IMG/VR virus record: IMGVR_UViG_3300045988_047044
Span: 32,182-96,181 of that record
Reading direction: 5' to 3' (one strand)
Source of the DNA: a virus
DNA length: 64,000 nucleotides
Shown: positions 1 to 10,178 of the stretch, in pieces
How the letters are laid out: the number at the start of each line of letters is the position of its first letter
How positions within the stretch are numbered: position 1 is the first letter of the stretch
The notes under the pieces: generated by a model
The model's database searches: none
What the model was told of the DNA's origin: nothing
Seen by the model: only the letters and a program-made list of their open reading frames with translations
Translations under genes and position numbers: made by a program

Positions 1-88
1 TTTACTTCTTCTTTGACAATTTCCTGCTTTAGAGATTTATACTCTCCAGTAGCTGGGTCAAAGTCCAAAGTTAACAGCATTTTAACTA

Positions 89-781
89 TCATTCTCCGTA
101 TTCAAATTTATTGATTGTGTCAATCACCATCTTCATATTAGGTTCAACATATAAATCAGGGAAACATCCTGCGGTACTTCTACAAGTATCTGGACCAAGT
201 GACCTTGTTCTGAATTTATAGTCAACCTCTTCATCATTTACAATCTTCTCTGCATACAGCAAATAATTAAACAGTCCATCTATATTAACAGACCTATCCA
301 ACATCTTTCCAGTAGTAAATAACTTATATTTAGGGTCATAGTCGTTACCGTCATTTACAATATGAGATATGAACACTACAATTAAATCCTCTCTAAGAGT
401 CATAGCCTTCATTATTAAATCATAATAGTGCTTTGCAAAGTCAATATGCTTATCATATCCTTTCTCCGCACTTCTAGACATCACCTCTTGTGAAAGAAGA
501 TAATTACTATCGTCAATTACTAAGACCTTAATCTCTGGCATTTTAACATTAACTACATTCATGATGTTCATCACTTTGGCAAATTCATTGCTGAAATACC
601 AATTTCCAACATAGTTCTTGTCTTTGTCCTGAGTTAGCTTCTTGTAATTCTTCCTAAATCCTGGAATTGATAATTGTTTAGGAGTACAGCTAATGATAAA
701 TGTCTCCTTTGGGTTTAAATACTGTAGGGAACTAGACTTACCACTTCCCGAAAATCCTCCAAGTCCTATAATTTGGCTCAT
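89..781 (-). CDS. P-loop NTPase (phage ATPase)
   Basis: Walker A GLGGFSGSGKSS near the N-terminus and a Walker B-like VLVIDD; sits next to the helicase gene. Confidence 0.55.
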   Translation of the reverse strand: MSQIIGLGGFSGSGKSSSLQYLNPKETFIISCTPKQLSIPGFRKNYKKLTQDKDKNYVGNWYFSNEFAKVMNIMNVVNVKMPEIKVLVIDDSNYLLSQEVMSRSAEKGYDKHIDFAKHYYDLIMKAMTLREDLIVVFISHIVNDGNDYDPKYKLFTTGKMLDRSVNIDGLFNYLLYAEKIVNDEEVDYKFRTRSLGPDTCRSTAGCFPDLYVEPNMKMVIDTINKFEYGE

Positions 782-785
782 TAAA

Positions 786-1877
786 TCATAATGTTATGGT
801 TACGCGTAAATCATCTTTCTTAGTTCGTTCTATCTCGACTTCCCTGTCTGGGAAATCAATAATAGTCCAATCTGGATTCTTATACTTGTCATAATCATTG
901 ATTTCAGACGCAGATGGAAGCTCTTTAAAGATACCACATCTACCATAAAATCCTACACCAATGGCTACGTCAGACGCACCAAATCTATTCTTAAGAACCA
1001 ATAATGACCTGAAACCATCCTTTAGCTCTTTAATGCAATATCCTCTATATGTAGACAATTTGCTTCTAAATGGATTAAATAATACCAATACTACATTGGC
1101 ATCCTCACTCGGAGAACCACTCTCTTTTAAATCTGACAAATCAGGTTCTTGCAAGCCTTGTTTTAGTCGTTCTGCATTATTAGCATTTCTATTGAACTGC
1201 ATAATATTGATTGGAGATATCTTACATTTATTTCTAAATGAGACACCATATGCCGATATTGTATCAATCTCCTCTTTCTTGCTACGACCCAACTGTGGTC
1301 TCACTAAGCCTAAGTGGTCAGTAATTACTGCGATAATTTGTTTCGGATTATTAAGTTCATAAGTATCTTCATCAACAAAGGTTCCAAATTTCTTTAAATC
1401 CTCTATGATTAGAGACTTATACTTCTCTGAATTGAGAGTGCCGTCATGTATTATTAGTCTGTCCTCTATAGATTCTAGCCATGGAATACATTCCTGTACT
1501 AACTCATAATCCTCATTAGAGAGTGTAGAGTCCTTGCCTCTAGACAATAACTCTTTAAAAGATATTTGTTTACCATATGTCTCATATATATGAAGAGAGA
1601 GCAATTTAGCAAGTAACTGCTCAGCACTCATCTCCAAAGAGAATATAATAAACTGAACATCCTTATCAGAATCAGAGTCCAGTAGAGCCTTATATATAAA
1701 GGAGTGAAGCACGAAACTAGTCTTACCGTTACCAGTTCCTGCGGCAATCAGGTAATAGGTCTCTTGAGTTAATCCGTCAATTATATGCTCCAGCTTAGGC
1801 ATTCCAAGTGATAATCCTTGATTGTCACCTTCTCTGCCTCTTTTGATAAGTTCGATTAGTCTGCTAGTATATGTCAT
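786..1877 (-). CDS. dnaB: DnaB-like replicative DNA helicase (RecA-fold ATPase domain)
   Basis: Walker A AAGTGNGKTSF, a DHLGLV Walker B-like motif and DnaB-like C-terminal domain architecture; 363 aa. Confidence 0.55.
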   Translation of the reverse strand: MTYTSRLIELIKRGREGDNQGLSLGMPKLEHIIDGLTQETYYLIAAGTGNGKTSFVLHSFIYKALLDSDSDKDVQFIIFSLEMSAEQLLAKLLSLHIYETYGKQISFKELLSRGKDSTLSNEDYELVQECIPWLESIEDRLIIHDGTLNSEKYKSLIIEDLKKFGTFVDEDTYELNNPKQIIAVITDHLGLVRPQLGRSKKEEIDTISAYGVSFRNKCKISPINIMQFNRNANNAERLKQGLQEPDLSDLKESGSPSEDANVVLVLFNPFRSKLSTYRGYCIKELKDGFRSLLVLKNRFGASDVAIGVGFYGRCGIFKELPSASEINDYDKYKNPDWTIIDFPDREVEIERTKKDDLRVTITL

Positions 1878-2497
1878 AGTTCCGTCATAGTATCAAACAC
1901 TAATTCTTCATATGTTCCATCTTTAAACTTCTCGATGCCTTCCCAAGCCTTAGACATTATAAAGTCAGCAATATTGACGTTTATCAGATTACATTTGTTC
2001 TGTTTAGCCCAATTGACTAACTCTATCACCCTTTTATGATTCTCAAGTTTCCACCCTATATTCTTGCCATATCTAAAGAACATATCTTCCAAAGTGTTAA
2101 ACTTCTTAGACCAGTTCTTTAAACTATACTCCCTACCATTAATAATGACAATATCTGGGTATGCTTCCCAGAACTCTCCTCCCAGGTCTCCGGAATACTT
2201 TCTATAATTCTTAATGAAGTTTTCATTAAAGATTACAGATTCAGGGTCAAACGTCTGACCCTCTGCGGGAATTTTATACTTCTTAGTAATGACTCCCTTC
2301 ACCTGTAGACTTAATAATACGTCTCTAAGGCGGGTTTTAGTTATTGGCATTCCCAGATATCGGATGAGGGAGTCTTTATGTCCCTCTTCTGGTTGTGCCA
2401 AGAATAGCAACTCAATCATTAACAACTCCTCAGCAGTAAGCCTATACTGCTCCATTATTAACAACTGATTCTCTATTGTTAAACTTAATTTCTCCAA
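1874..2497 (-). CDS. hypothetical protein (replication-module, possible helicase partner)
   Basis: 207 aa ORF with a 4-nt overlap with the helicase gene, indicating operon coupling. Confidence 0.35.
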   Translation of the reverse strand: MEKLSLTIENQLLIMEQYRLTAEELLMIELLFLAQPEEGHKDSLIRYLGMPITKTRLRDVLLSLQVKGVITKKYKIPAEGQTFDPESVIFNENFIKNYRKYSGDLGGEFWEAYPDIVIINGREYSLKNWSKKFNTLEDMFFRYGKNIGWKLENHKRVIELVNWAKQNKCNLINVNIADFIMSKAWEGIEKFKDGTYEELVFDTMTEL

Positions 2498-2550
2498 GCG
2501 TATTGATTAATAAGTAAATAACTTACTAATCTATCAGCTGTGATACTTTG

Positions 2551-2775
2551 TTATTCTGATTTCTCAGTGTCCTCAATCACATAAGCTTCGCCTGCTACTT
2601 CGTAAGGAGCTATAAACTCTTTAAAGAGTTCTGTCTGCCTTGCTACCATAGCCTTGACGTCATAGATTCCACCTTCAAATTTAATTTCACCGTTTTCGTT
2701 GACACCACTAGCATGAATGATACTATCAAACGTGTTAGTAAGCATTACAAGTTCAAGCAATCTTTCAGTTGTCAT
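2551..2775 (-). CDS. hypothetical protein
   Basis: 74 aa ORF in the same orientation as its neighbours. Confidence 0.3.
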   Translation of the reverse strand: MTTERLLELVMLTNTFDSIIHASGVNENGEIKFEGGIYDVKAMVARQTELFKEFIAPYEVAGEAYVIEDTEKSE

Positions 2776-2835
2776 GTAATTTTGACCGTTAAGGATTACA
2801 AAGATACGATAATCTTGTTACATTTCAAAACGAAT

Positions 2836-3036
2836 CTACTTAAATTTCAGGCTCGTAATAAGACTTTGCACATCTAGAGGGCTACGCTCTAAATGCACAG
2901 ACATCATGCAAATACGATGCTCTGAATGCTTCTCTAACAGCTCTAATAGCTTAACAGCATCAACATCAGTAGATACTGTTGAAGTTCTATCAGGCTGCCC
3001 TTCAGCACCTATGTTGCAATATAACACTCTAAACAT
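2836..3036 (-). CDS. hypothetical small protein
   Basis: 66 aa ORF directly abutting the downstream helicase gene. Confidence 0.25.
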   Translation of the reverse strand: MFRVLYCNIGAEGQPDRTSTVSTDVDAVKLLELLEKHSEHRICMMSVHLERSPLDVQSLITSLKFK

Positions 3037-4310
3037 TAGAACCTAAATATCATTTTAGTTTCTTTGTTCTTCTTAGGAGTAAATTCTCGCCCTTCTAGTA
3101 GATTTAATAAATCAGAATCGGCTATAGTGATATAATCCTTACTACCAGTACTCTTGCGAAACCATTCTTCTTCAACAGTTCCCTTGATTACTAAAGTAAA
3201 GACTTCCGCTACTTTATTCTCTGCCTTTCTAATAACTCTACCTATTCTCTGCGTCTTAGACGTAGGACTGGAATCATATCCAAGAATAACGGCTACTGAC
3301 AGTCCTGGTATGTCAGCTCCTTCATCTAACATCTTAGAAGTATTAAGTACTCCCACAGATGCTGATTTAAACTCCTCTAAAGTCATCCTTCCCTTCTTCT
3401 TAGTTTCTTTACTAGATAGTACCTTACCATACTTGATTTGTTCGGCAATCTTGATTGTCTTACTAAAAGTAATACATTTCTTGTCTTGCCTATGCTCAAG
3501 TATCATATTTGTAAGTTCTATCTTTTTAGGATGTTCATAAATGAACTTCTTCCTTGCCTGTAAAGTCCTATTGAAACCCATAGCATGAATTAGAATGGTC
3601 TTATTAAGAGCTTTCCATTCATCTGGTTTCTTGTCAAAGTCAGGAAGCATAATTTTAGCTAGCTCAATTCTCTTCTGCCATTTAGTAGCACAAGCCATAG
3701 CAAGTGTAAAATCATGACCGAAGAAAGCAAAATGCTCATAAAACTCTCTATTTAACTCATAGTATTTGTCTAGATTGTCTACTTCTACCATGACTTTGTA
3801 TTCCCTATAAGGAGATAACCAGCCTCTAGCAGTAGCTTCACTAACATCTACTCTATCAACTACTGGACAATACTTCTTGATATAACTATCCTTACCGTCT
3901 AGTCGTTCCATAGTTGCAGTTAAACCTAGAATTATTTTATACTTGACTACTTCAAATACCTTTCCAAACAGGTCGGAAGCATATTTATGACATTCATCAA
4001 GTACTAGCAAATCACATGTCCACTCATGTTTCACAACAGAGTTTATTATTAGTACCTCGTACACCATTGGGACTTGCTGCTCTGTTAAATCACTAAGCCA
4101 TTGTCTCTGTAGTGCATCAGTAGGTACTACTATTATAATTCTTCTACCAGGATTCTTAGCCAAGAATCTTTTCATACACATAATGGCAGTTCTAGTCTTA
4201 CCGAAACCGGTACAATAGACTAAAGAACCACGCAACTTATTATCTACCCAACGTTGAACACCAATTGCTTGGCGTTCATCTCTGCTTACGTTTCCGAATA
4301 AGTCTGCCAC
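3036..4310 (-). CDS. superfamily-2 DEAD/DEAH-box helicase
   Basis: Motif I CTGFGKTRTA, motif II LVLDECHKY (DECH) and motif VI QRIGRVIRK. Confidence 0.65.
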   Translation of the reverse strand: MADLFGNVSRDERQAIGVQRWVDNKLRGSLVYCTGFGKTRTAIMCMKRFLAKNPGRRIIIVVPTDALQRQWLSDLTEQQVPMVYEVLIINSVVKHEWTCDLLVLDECHKYASDLFGKVFEVVKYKIILGLTATMERLDGKDSYIKKYCPVVDRVDVSEATARGWLSPYREYKVMVEVDNLDKYYELNREFYEHFAFFGHDFTLAMACATKWQKRIELAKIMLPDFDKKPDEWKALNKTILIHAMGFNRTLQARKKFIYEHPKKIELTNMILEHRQDKKCITFSKTIKIAEQIKYGKVLSSKETKKKGRMTLEEFKSASVGVLNTSKMLDEGADIPGLSVAVILGYDSSPTSKTQRIGRVIRKAENKVAEVFTLVIKGTVEEEWFRKSTGSKDYITIADSDLLNLLEGREFTPKKNKETKMIFRF

Positions 4311-4463
4311 TTGTTATAGGCTAAGCCCTTAATTAATAACTCATTTGAATCTATTACCTTGAACCCTGTTATTTAATATTAGTAAATTCTCACAAGTTAC
4401 GTTAAGTAGCTTATACCTACTACATAGTAATCTGGATTAACTGTGGTCAGCATCCAGAGTACA

Positions 4464-5306
4464 TTATAAAGTATAGCCTTTAGCATCACATACTAATTTA
4501 ATTTGGTTCTTGCGAGTTTCCCACTGAGATATATGGAACTTCACTTCATCTTCCAAAGAATACAAGATTCTATTTCTAAGAACCTTTAATTGGTCAGTAG
4601 TTAGTTCTGTATACTTCTTACTCTTCAAATTAACCATAGAACGAAGCTGTGAATAGCTAAGTCCTTTAGGAGTAACATAAAGAGGCATTGTGGGCTTCAG
4701 ACCTAGTCTTTCCTTCGCCACTTCAATCTTATCTCTTATCTGACCTGTCTTAGGGTCTTTCTCCACTAAGTCCTTGCTCTCTTGAGCAGTGAACCATAGA
4801 CCTTGCTTGAGAATAAATGTAAGAGTAATGTGTTGTTTGTTGAACTTTCCCAGTCTGTCCAAACAACCTTCGCGTACTGTCTCTGTTGGAATGTCTCCAA
4901 ACTCTTTAGGACAGCCGCACATAGTTCCTTCAATTGGATACTCTTTCGGGTCTATACCGTCCTTATTAATATCCAAGAAAGAGACTAACGCCTCTAGGAA
5001 CTTAAACCTTGGCATATGCTGCTCCTGTTCTAACCAGCGCAAGAACAATTCTGCGTTACAACGCTGACGCTGGTCTTTAATAATGTCCAATAGAACATAA
5101 CGACCAGGATAGTCCTTGTTAGTATTATAGAGCATAGAATCACAATGTGCATAGAAATTACGAAGTTCTTCTTCAGTACAATCAACCAAGCGTTTCTCCT
5201 CTTGTACTAAAGCTCCATTTACTTCTTGCTTACGACCCTTCCAAATGAAAGAGTTGATGTCATTATTCTTTCTATCGATAGCTGATGCCAATTTCTCTCT
5301 GAACAT
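4464..5306 (-). CDS. hypothetical protein
   Basis: 280 aa ORF with no recognisable motif. Confidence 0.4.
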   Translation of the reverse strand: MFREKLASAIDRKNNDINSFIWKGRKQEVNGALVQEEKRLVDCTEEELRNFYAHCDSMLYNTNKDYPGRYVLLDIIKDQRQRCNAELFLRWLEQEQHMPRFKFLEALVSFLDINKDGIDPKEYPIEGTMCGCPKEFGDIPTETVREGCLDRLGKFNKQHITLTFILKQGLWFTAQESKDLVEKDPKTGQIRDKIEVAKERLGLKPTMPLYVTPKGLSYSQLRSMVNLKSKKYTELTTDQLKVLRNRILYSLEDEVKFHISQWETRKNQIKLVCDAKGYTL

Positions 5307-5362
5307 AGATATATCATATTAATTTTAGATAATGGTCTAATCTCGTTAATTTAGATAATCTT

Positions 5363-5668
5363 TTACAGTATAATCTCACATTCTGGTGGTTTCTCATAAA
5401 CAAAGTCTTCGAAATATATATCGGTATATTTATACTTCTCAAAGGAGTCAGTGATGGGATTATACCATGTGTCTTCCCCTGCATATACTTCCTTACATTT
5501 CAAATACCCGATGTCACCAACTCTTAAGAATGGACCTTCCCAGTTAGGACATCGGGTACACATTTTATATGTGCCGTTTGACAAATCTTTGAATGCATAG
5601 ACTATATAACCACCAGCATCTTCCTTACTAGCTAGTAATTCAACGCGTATGGTATATTGAATCATCAT
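5363..5668 (-). CDS. hypothetical Cys-containing protein
   Basis: 101 aa ORF; 4-nt overlap with the upstream gene. Confidence 0.35.
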   Translation of the reverse strand: MMIQYTIRVELLASKEDAGGYIVYAFKDLSNGTYKMCTRCPNWEGPFLRVGDIGYLKCKEVYAGEDTWYNPITDSFEKYKYTDIYFEDFVYEKPPECEIIL

Positions 5669-5871
5669 TCCGAGCCCACCAGCTCATTTTGTCGTTTATT
5701 AACCCCACCGTCTTTATAATGCACACAACCATACTTGGCGAAATCACAAACACTGCGCTCAATACCTCTGAAACAGGGATATCTAGAACAGTCTTTGCAA
5801 GTTCTCTCGGGGTATTTGTACTTTACTCCATCTCTGTCCTTATCAAAACTGTCAGATAGTTTGTTCGCCAT
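5665..5871 (-). CDS. hypothetical Cys-rich small protein
   Basis: 68 aa ORF with CKDCSRYPC and CDFAKYGC, suggesting zinc binding. Confidence 0.35.
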   Translation of the reverse strand: MANKLSDSFDKDRDGVKYKYPERTCKDCSRYPCFRGIERSVCDFAKYGCVHYKDGGVNKRQNELVGSE

Positions 5872-5900
5872 GTTCCGAATAGTAGTTTGCCAAGAATTTG

Positions 5901-6314
5901 CTATTTAATCAGTAAGGCTAATAATAAGCCTACACTGATAGCAAATCCTCCTATTGACAATGTAGTTAATCTCTTGTTCTTTTTGTTCATCTTAGCTATC
6001 TGCTCCCGTTGCTTACTAATAGCTTCATCATACATCTGCATTTGCAATTCTGCTCGTGCTAGTTGTTGAAGTCTTATACTATCAGTTTTAGCATAGTTAG
6101 CAGTTAGTAATTCATAAGATGTAAGCTGTTTATTGAGTTCAAATCTCTCTAGCTTAAGCTTCTTATGCTCCAGAAATATAAGGTTACTAGCCTTTAATTG
6201 CTGTGGAGTAATCACAACTAAAGAGTCATCTACCAGCTTGGGATACATATTCTGCGAAGAAAGATGCATCAGCGGCAATAGACTGATTAGTAATATCAAT
6301 AAGCTCCTTTTCAT
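5901..6314 (-). CDS. secreted or membrane-anchored coiled-coil protein
   Basis: N-terminal signal-like LLILLISLLPL, central coiled coil and a C-terminal TM segment. It overlaps ORF 6226..6543 in another frame, so only one of the two may be real. Confidence 0.35.
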   Translation of the reverse strand: MKRSLLILLISLLPLMHLSSQNMYPKLVDDSLVVITPQQLKASNLIFLEHKKLKLERFELNKQLTSYELLTANYAKTDSIRLQQLARAELQMQMYDEAISKQREQIAKMNKKNKRLTTLSIGGFAISVGLLLALLIK

Positions 6315-6543
6315 ACCAATTATTAATAGTGTCTATCTTACCTTTAGAATTGGTAATGACACTAATTAGACTGTCGTTAGTAATTTCTAACTTCCTTACT
6401 TCCTTATTGAGCGAGTCTATAGCTTGCTCATATTTAGTGTTGTCAGGAATAACTACTGTGTTTCTATCCTTGCAAGCCCATGCTATACCAAGGCATATAG
6501 CAGCAGCAATCACACCTCCAACGAAAGCATCCTTAAATTTCAT
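6226..6543 (-). CDS. hypothetical membrane protein (alternative to 5901..6314)
   Basis: N-terminal hydrophobic segment VGGVIAAAICLGIAWAC; overlaps its neighbour by 89 nt. Confidence 0.3.
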   Translation of the reverse strand: MKFKDAFVGGVIAAAICLGIAWACKDRNTVVIPDNTKYEQAIDSLNKEVRKLEITNDSLISVITNSKGKIDTINNWYEKELIDITNQSIAADASFFAEYVSQAGR

Positions 6544-7067
6544 TTCTGAGACTGATAGTAGTTATAGATATCATAGATAACATCCACTCTATCATTCTTA
6601 GAAGTTAATAAGGTATCCAAGCATGTACGTTCTTCATCAGATAGTGATGCTTCTAGTTCAACCATTTTACGTCCTTCTTCATAGATAGCCTTAGCTGTAT
6701 CATATCCTTTCAGATACTTGCCAGGGCATTGTTTGAAGAATGCTACTTCCTGGTCAAGAAGAGCATTAACTACACCACGGTTAATCAATCCGGGGTCAGT
6801 ACTGTACAGAGCATGATTATGTAGTTTACGAGCCTTACCAAGAGCTATTTGAACTCCCATATTCTCATCAAACTCATCTTCTGGTTGACATACAGATACG
6901 CCAATAGACAGACATTTATCACTTAAGAGTGCATCTTCATCCCAGTTCTCTGTATCTGGGTCAATTTCAGCACATACTTCTTGTGACAATGCAACCATTA
7001 CGAACTTACGTTCCATGCCAGTAAAATCAACAAAACTGTCAACTCTATACTCAACTCTTTCTTTCAT
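6540..7067 (-). CDS. hypothetical protein
   Basis: 175 aa ORF; 4-nt overlap with the downstream ORF. Confidence 0.4.
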   Translation of the reverse strand: MKERVEYRVDSFVDFTGMERKFVMVALSQEVCAEIDPDTENWDEDALLSDKCLSIGVSVCQPEDEFDENMGVQIALGKARKLHNHALYSTDPGLINRGVVNALLDQEVAFFKQCPGKYLKGYDTAKAIYEEGRKMVELEASLSDEERTCLDTLLTSKNDRVDVIYDIYNYYQSQK

Positions 7068-7131
7068 AAACTTGTAGATTAAATGTTTCCAAATGTAATC
7101 TCTTTAGATAAGTTAATCTGATTATAGGCAA

Positions 7132-7773
7132 TTACTTGCGACCTAGACCATTATAGAAATCAAGTATTGCATTCTCTTTACGAAGCCAAGTAGCCTGTTC
7201 TTTAGCCATATCAAGAATAGTACGACTAATAGATTCTTCTTCTACTTGCTCTTTAACTAACATACCTTCATCCTCATCCTCTCCATTCAACCATTGGAAT
7301 GTAGCCCAATCACTCTCTTTTTGAGCTTGGTCTACAATCTTATTAATACCACGAGTAGTCTCAATCTCCCTATCTACTGTGGCAGCAAAGGGCATGACTC
7401 TATCAGTGATTTCAACATTAATGGCTGGAACAGGCGGATATTGGAACAGAGCATCGTTAGTGGTTAGATATTCAAATATCCAAGAATGATGCAAATATTC
7501 TTCCTTAGCACGACCTCTCCAGTAAATACCTAGCTTTGGTAAACCCTCTACTTCAAAGTAATTGGCAAAGGTCATATACAGAGCATGGTTGGCAAGTTCG
7601 GCTGACATCTGTTTTACCAACATCTCAACCATTACAGTTGATAGTGGGCAAACACGTCTAGACTTATCAATCACCTGCTCTGTATACTTCATAGTAGGTT
7701 CAGCGCCTACGGTTTGAACTCCTTCGCTTGTCTTCTCCTGTATTGGATTTCCGTCTTTGTCTAGCATTCTCAC
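7132..7773 (-). CDS. ferritin-like protein
   Basis: Resembles the ferritin diiron signature: QMSAELANHALYMTFANYFE ... GRAKEEYLHHSWIFEYL ... ATFQWLNGEDEDE (compare FtnA E..Y...EE..H ... QWYV.EQ.EEE). Confidence 0.5.
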   Translation of the reverse strand: MRMLDKDGNPIQEKTSEGVQTVGAEPTMKYTEQVIDKSRRVCPLSTVMVEMLVKQMSAELANHALYMTFANYFEVEGLPKLGIYWRGRAKEEYLHHSWIFEYLTTNDALFQYPPVPAINVEITDRVMPFAATVDREIETTRGINKIVDQAQKESDWATFQWLNGEDEDEGMLVKEQVEEESISRTILDMAKEQATWLRKENAILDFYNGLGRK

Positions 7774-8044
7774 GTTCTAACACTTTAAAATTGTTGTTCA
7801 TTAAATAATCTAGGGGAGCTGCTAGCCAAGTAATATACTTAGCACATGTAATCTCATCGTCGACTTTAATAAACTGCGATTCCCTTACCTTAATAGGCTT
7901 ATCAGTAGTATAGAACTTAGAACCTACACATTCTACCCTATCCTTCCTAATGAGGTATAGTTGTACTTCATATAGAAAGGAAGGATATACTGTTAGTTTA
8001 ACGTCCCCAGAATGGTAGACAGTCGGGGGCGTAGGTTTTGCCAT
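7700..8044 (-). CDS. hypothetical basic protein
   Basis: 114 aa ORF with an Arg/Lys-rich C-terminus. Confidence 0.3.
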   Translation of the reverse strand: MAKPTPPTVYHSGDVKLTVYPSFLYEVQLYLIRKDRVECVGSKFYTTDKPIKVRESQFIKVDDEITCAKYITWLAAPLDYLMNNNFKVLERENARQRRKSNTGEDKRRSSNRRR

Positions 8045-8456
8045 TCCAAGAATATTTAGTAACCTGGGACTTCTCTGTCTTATATTTACTTAATAAGAAA
8101 GGGATGTCAGATTGAATACATTTATGGCTAAATGTGTTCTTTGGTATAGGTTTGTTGGTCTTTGGATTCATTTTACCAGTAGTAAAGTTACCACCCTTTA
8201 CATACACGACCAGAGTTCCAGGAATAGGAATAGATTTGGCAGGAGCCGGCCATTGATAACTTGGAGCGGGGAATCGTCTATAGCGTTTCCACAACTTACG
8301 TTCTTTAGGAGTTTTACTCCACACACTTGGGTCACGTGGTGTTACAGACGGCTGTCTTAAATGCTCTGCCACCATGAAAGCATCATCGGTCAAATCCTTG
8401 ATTCTTAGTCTTTTGAATCTCTCTTCCGGAGTCTCTTTGATAGTTTCCTTCTTCAT
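7998..8456 (-). CDS. hypothetical protein
   Basis: 152 aa ORF. Confidence 0.35.
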   Translation of the reverse strand: MKKETIKETPEERFKRLRIKDLTDDAFMVAEHLRQPSVTPRDPSVWSKTPKERKLWKRYRRFPAPSYQWPAPAKSIPIPGTLVVYVKGGNFTTGKMNPKTNKPIPKNTFSHKCIQSDIPFLLSKYKTEKSQVTKYSWNGKTYAPDCLPFWGR

Positions 8457-8486
8457 TACTGATAAGTTTAATGAGTTAAATATTAG

Positions 8487-8663
8487 TTATTTACCACGTT
8501 TGGTATAAACTGCCCCACAGACATTACATTTGTAAAGCCTGTTGTCATAATCGAACAGCGTGTGAGTAGTATCCCTACCACACCTTGCACAATTCATTAA
8601 CTTAACAGATTCATACACCTTCTTCGGCTTATGAGGTGCCGTACCTTTCTTACGTGAAGCCAT
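8487..8663 (-). CDS. small zinc-ribbon protein
   Basis: Manually translated 58 aa ORF MASRKKGTAPHKPKK...NCARCGRDTTH...CNVCGAVYTKRGK with two CxxC pairs; not in the supplied track because it is under 60 aa. Confidence 0.35.
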   Translation of the reverse strand: MASRKKGTAPHKPKKVYESVKLMNCARCGRDTTHTLFDYDNRLYKCNVCGAVYTKRGK

Positions 8664-8666
8664 AGC

Positions 8667-8939
8667 TTAAATTCCTTTAGTTAACTCTTCTAATCTAGTT
8701 ACTTCTTGTTTGTAATCTTGAATATATTCTTTCAGAGACATGGCATCTGGGTGCTTACACTCTATTCTATAATCCGCTATTCTTTGAAGACATGCAGATA
8801 TGGGAAGTCCATAACCAATTACTTTAAACTCCTGACGTTCTCCGTCCTTAGATTTAATAGTCTTTAGTATAGATAGGTCCCAGAAGTGTAAATTGTCACC
8901 TACAGATTCCATTCTAAAGTCAGCTTCTTCAATAATCAT
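8667..8939 (-). CDS. hypothetical protein
   Basis: 90 aa ORF. Confidence 0.3.
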   Translation of the reverse strand: MIIEEADFRMESVGDNLHFWDLSILKTIKSKDGERQEFKVIGYGLPISACLQRIADYRIECKHPDAMSLKEYIQDYKQEVTRLEELTKGI

Positions 8940-8968
8940 ACTTGATTATCCGTAAAGTTAGTATTAGT

Positions 8969-9181
8969 TTAATCTGATTGTTCTTCTAATACCTTACCTA
9001 TTAGCCATAAGTATAAGAATGGTGATATGACTGGACATGTCATCCACCAACCTACATCCTCCTCTACGACTTCCCAGAAGTATTCTTCATCCAAGTCGTA
9101 GTATGCAAGCATGTAGTTCAGTACAATGTTTAGTAAGTAAGACACACCATACAGTGCGAGCACTATTAATATTACAATCAC
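8969..9181 (-). CDS. small membrane protein
   Basis: 70 aa, two predicted TM segments, 4-nt overlap with the upstream ORF. Confidence 0.3.
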   Translation of the reverse strand: MIVILIVLALYGVSYLLNIVLNYMLAYYDLDEEYFWEVVEEDVGWWMTCPVISPFLYLWLIGKVLEEQSD

Positions 9182-9654
9182 AATTTCTCTTTCTCTACTC
9201 TAAATTGACAACATAGTTTCTGCAACTCGAGTATGACGGGTTCTAAGGTACTAACACCCTTAACCAACACTGCTCGTTGGTCTACCGTCCTTCTAGCTAA
9301 ATGGGATTGGACGCTGGAAACAGCATCTTCATATCTCTTCTTAATAAGGTCTCTATTCTCGAAATACTTGGGAATTTTACCATGCAGATATATTAAAGCA
9401 TCTAATGCCTTAATAAGTTCCTTATGGCTCATAGAAGTAGATATTCTGTCATAAATAAATACATATCTATCAACTCCGTCTGGAATGATATTTATATATT
9501 TATCAGTTTCAGTTCCTTCTCTTCCTACATGGTCTGCTAACCTCACAGTAGCAGAGAATCCGTTCAATGTGTAGTACTCCGAATCTCCCTTATAATTAGT
9601 AGAAGTAAATCCCTTCCTCTTCAGCCACGCTTTTAATTTGCTCAACCCTCTCAT
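9178..9654 (-). CDS. hypothetical protein
   Basis: 158 aa ORF. Confidence 0.4.
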   Translation of the reverse strand: MRGLSKLKAWLKRKGFTSTNYKGDSEYYTLNGFSATVRLADHVGREGTETDKYINIIPDGVDRYVFIYDRISTSMSHKELIKALDALIYLHGKIPKYFENRDLIKKRYEDAVSSVQSHLARRTVDQRAVLVKGVSTLEPVILELQKLCCQFRVEKEKL

Positions 9655-9907
9655 CTTGTTTAATCTTCTTTTCCACCTTTCGAAATATCAGGTTTTCGTA
9701 AAGTGGACATCTACTCTCCATAGTACAGTCATCATTCCTGTCACGAAAGTAACAACCAGCACATCCAGGGCCCCAGTCAATTACTTCCACGAGTTTGTCG
9801 TTTACAGTGATAAGGTCTCCTGCCTGTAAAATGGGTATTAGTTCATTGTCCTCGTACTTAAATTTCTGCATATCTAAAGTTAAAAAAGAAGGGCCAAACC
9901 CAGACAA
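9596..9907 (-). CDS. hypothetical Cys-containing protein
   Basis: 103 aa with GPGCAGCYFRDRNDDCTMESRCP. Confidence 0.35.
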   Translation of the reverse strand: MSGFGPSFLTLDMQKFKYEDNELIPILQAGDLITVNDKLVEVIDWGPGCAGCYFRDRNDDCTMESRCPLYENLIFRKVEKKIKQDERVEQIKSVAEEEGIYFY

Positions 9908-10178
9908 TCACTAGAGTAGACCTTACCTCATTAGAAGTAAAGAATAATCTAATAACTAATCTGAATTTGACCCTAAACGGCAGTACGAATATCGTTCTGC
10001 GCGATTAGCACTACATTAAATATAACGTAGCCTAAAGTCCGTTACCATAAACTGATAACAATAATGCCAATGCCTGGCATTAGGTGTGTTGCTAAAAGCA
10101 ACGAAGAGGAGCCTACACCCCCCCCAGTGATATTCTGGCTGGAATGTCTATTCCATAACCTATCACCATACATAAGAA

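Noticed and set aside
10069-10081. 13-bp palindrome AATGCCTGGCATT (preceded by a TAATGCC half-repeat) in the intergenic region upstream of the acidic-protein gene.
   Set aside because: It is plausibly an operator, but it is isolated and unsupported. I noted it without calling it a regulatory feature.
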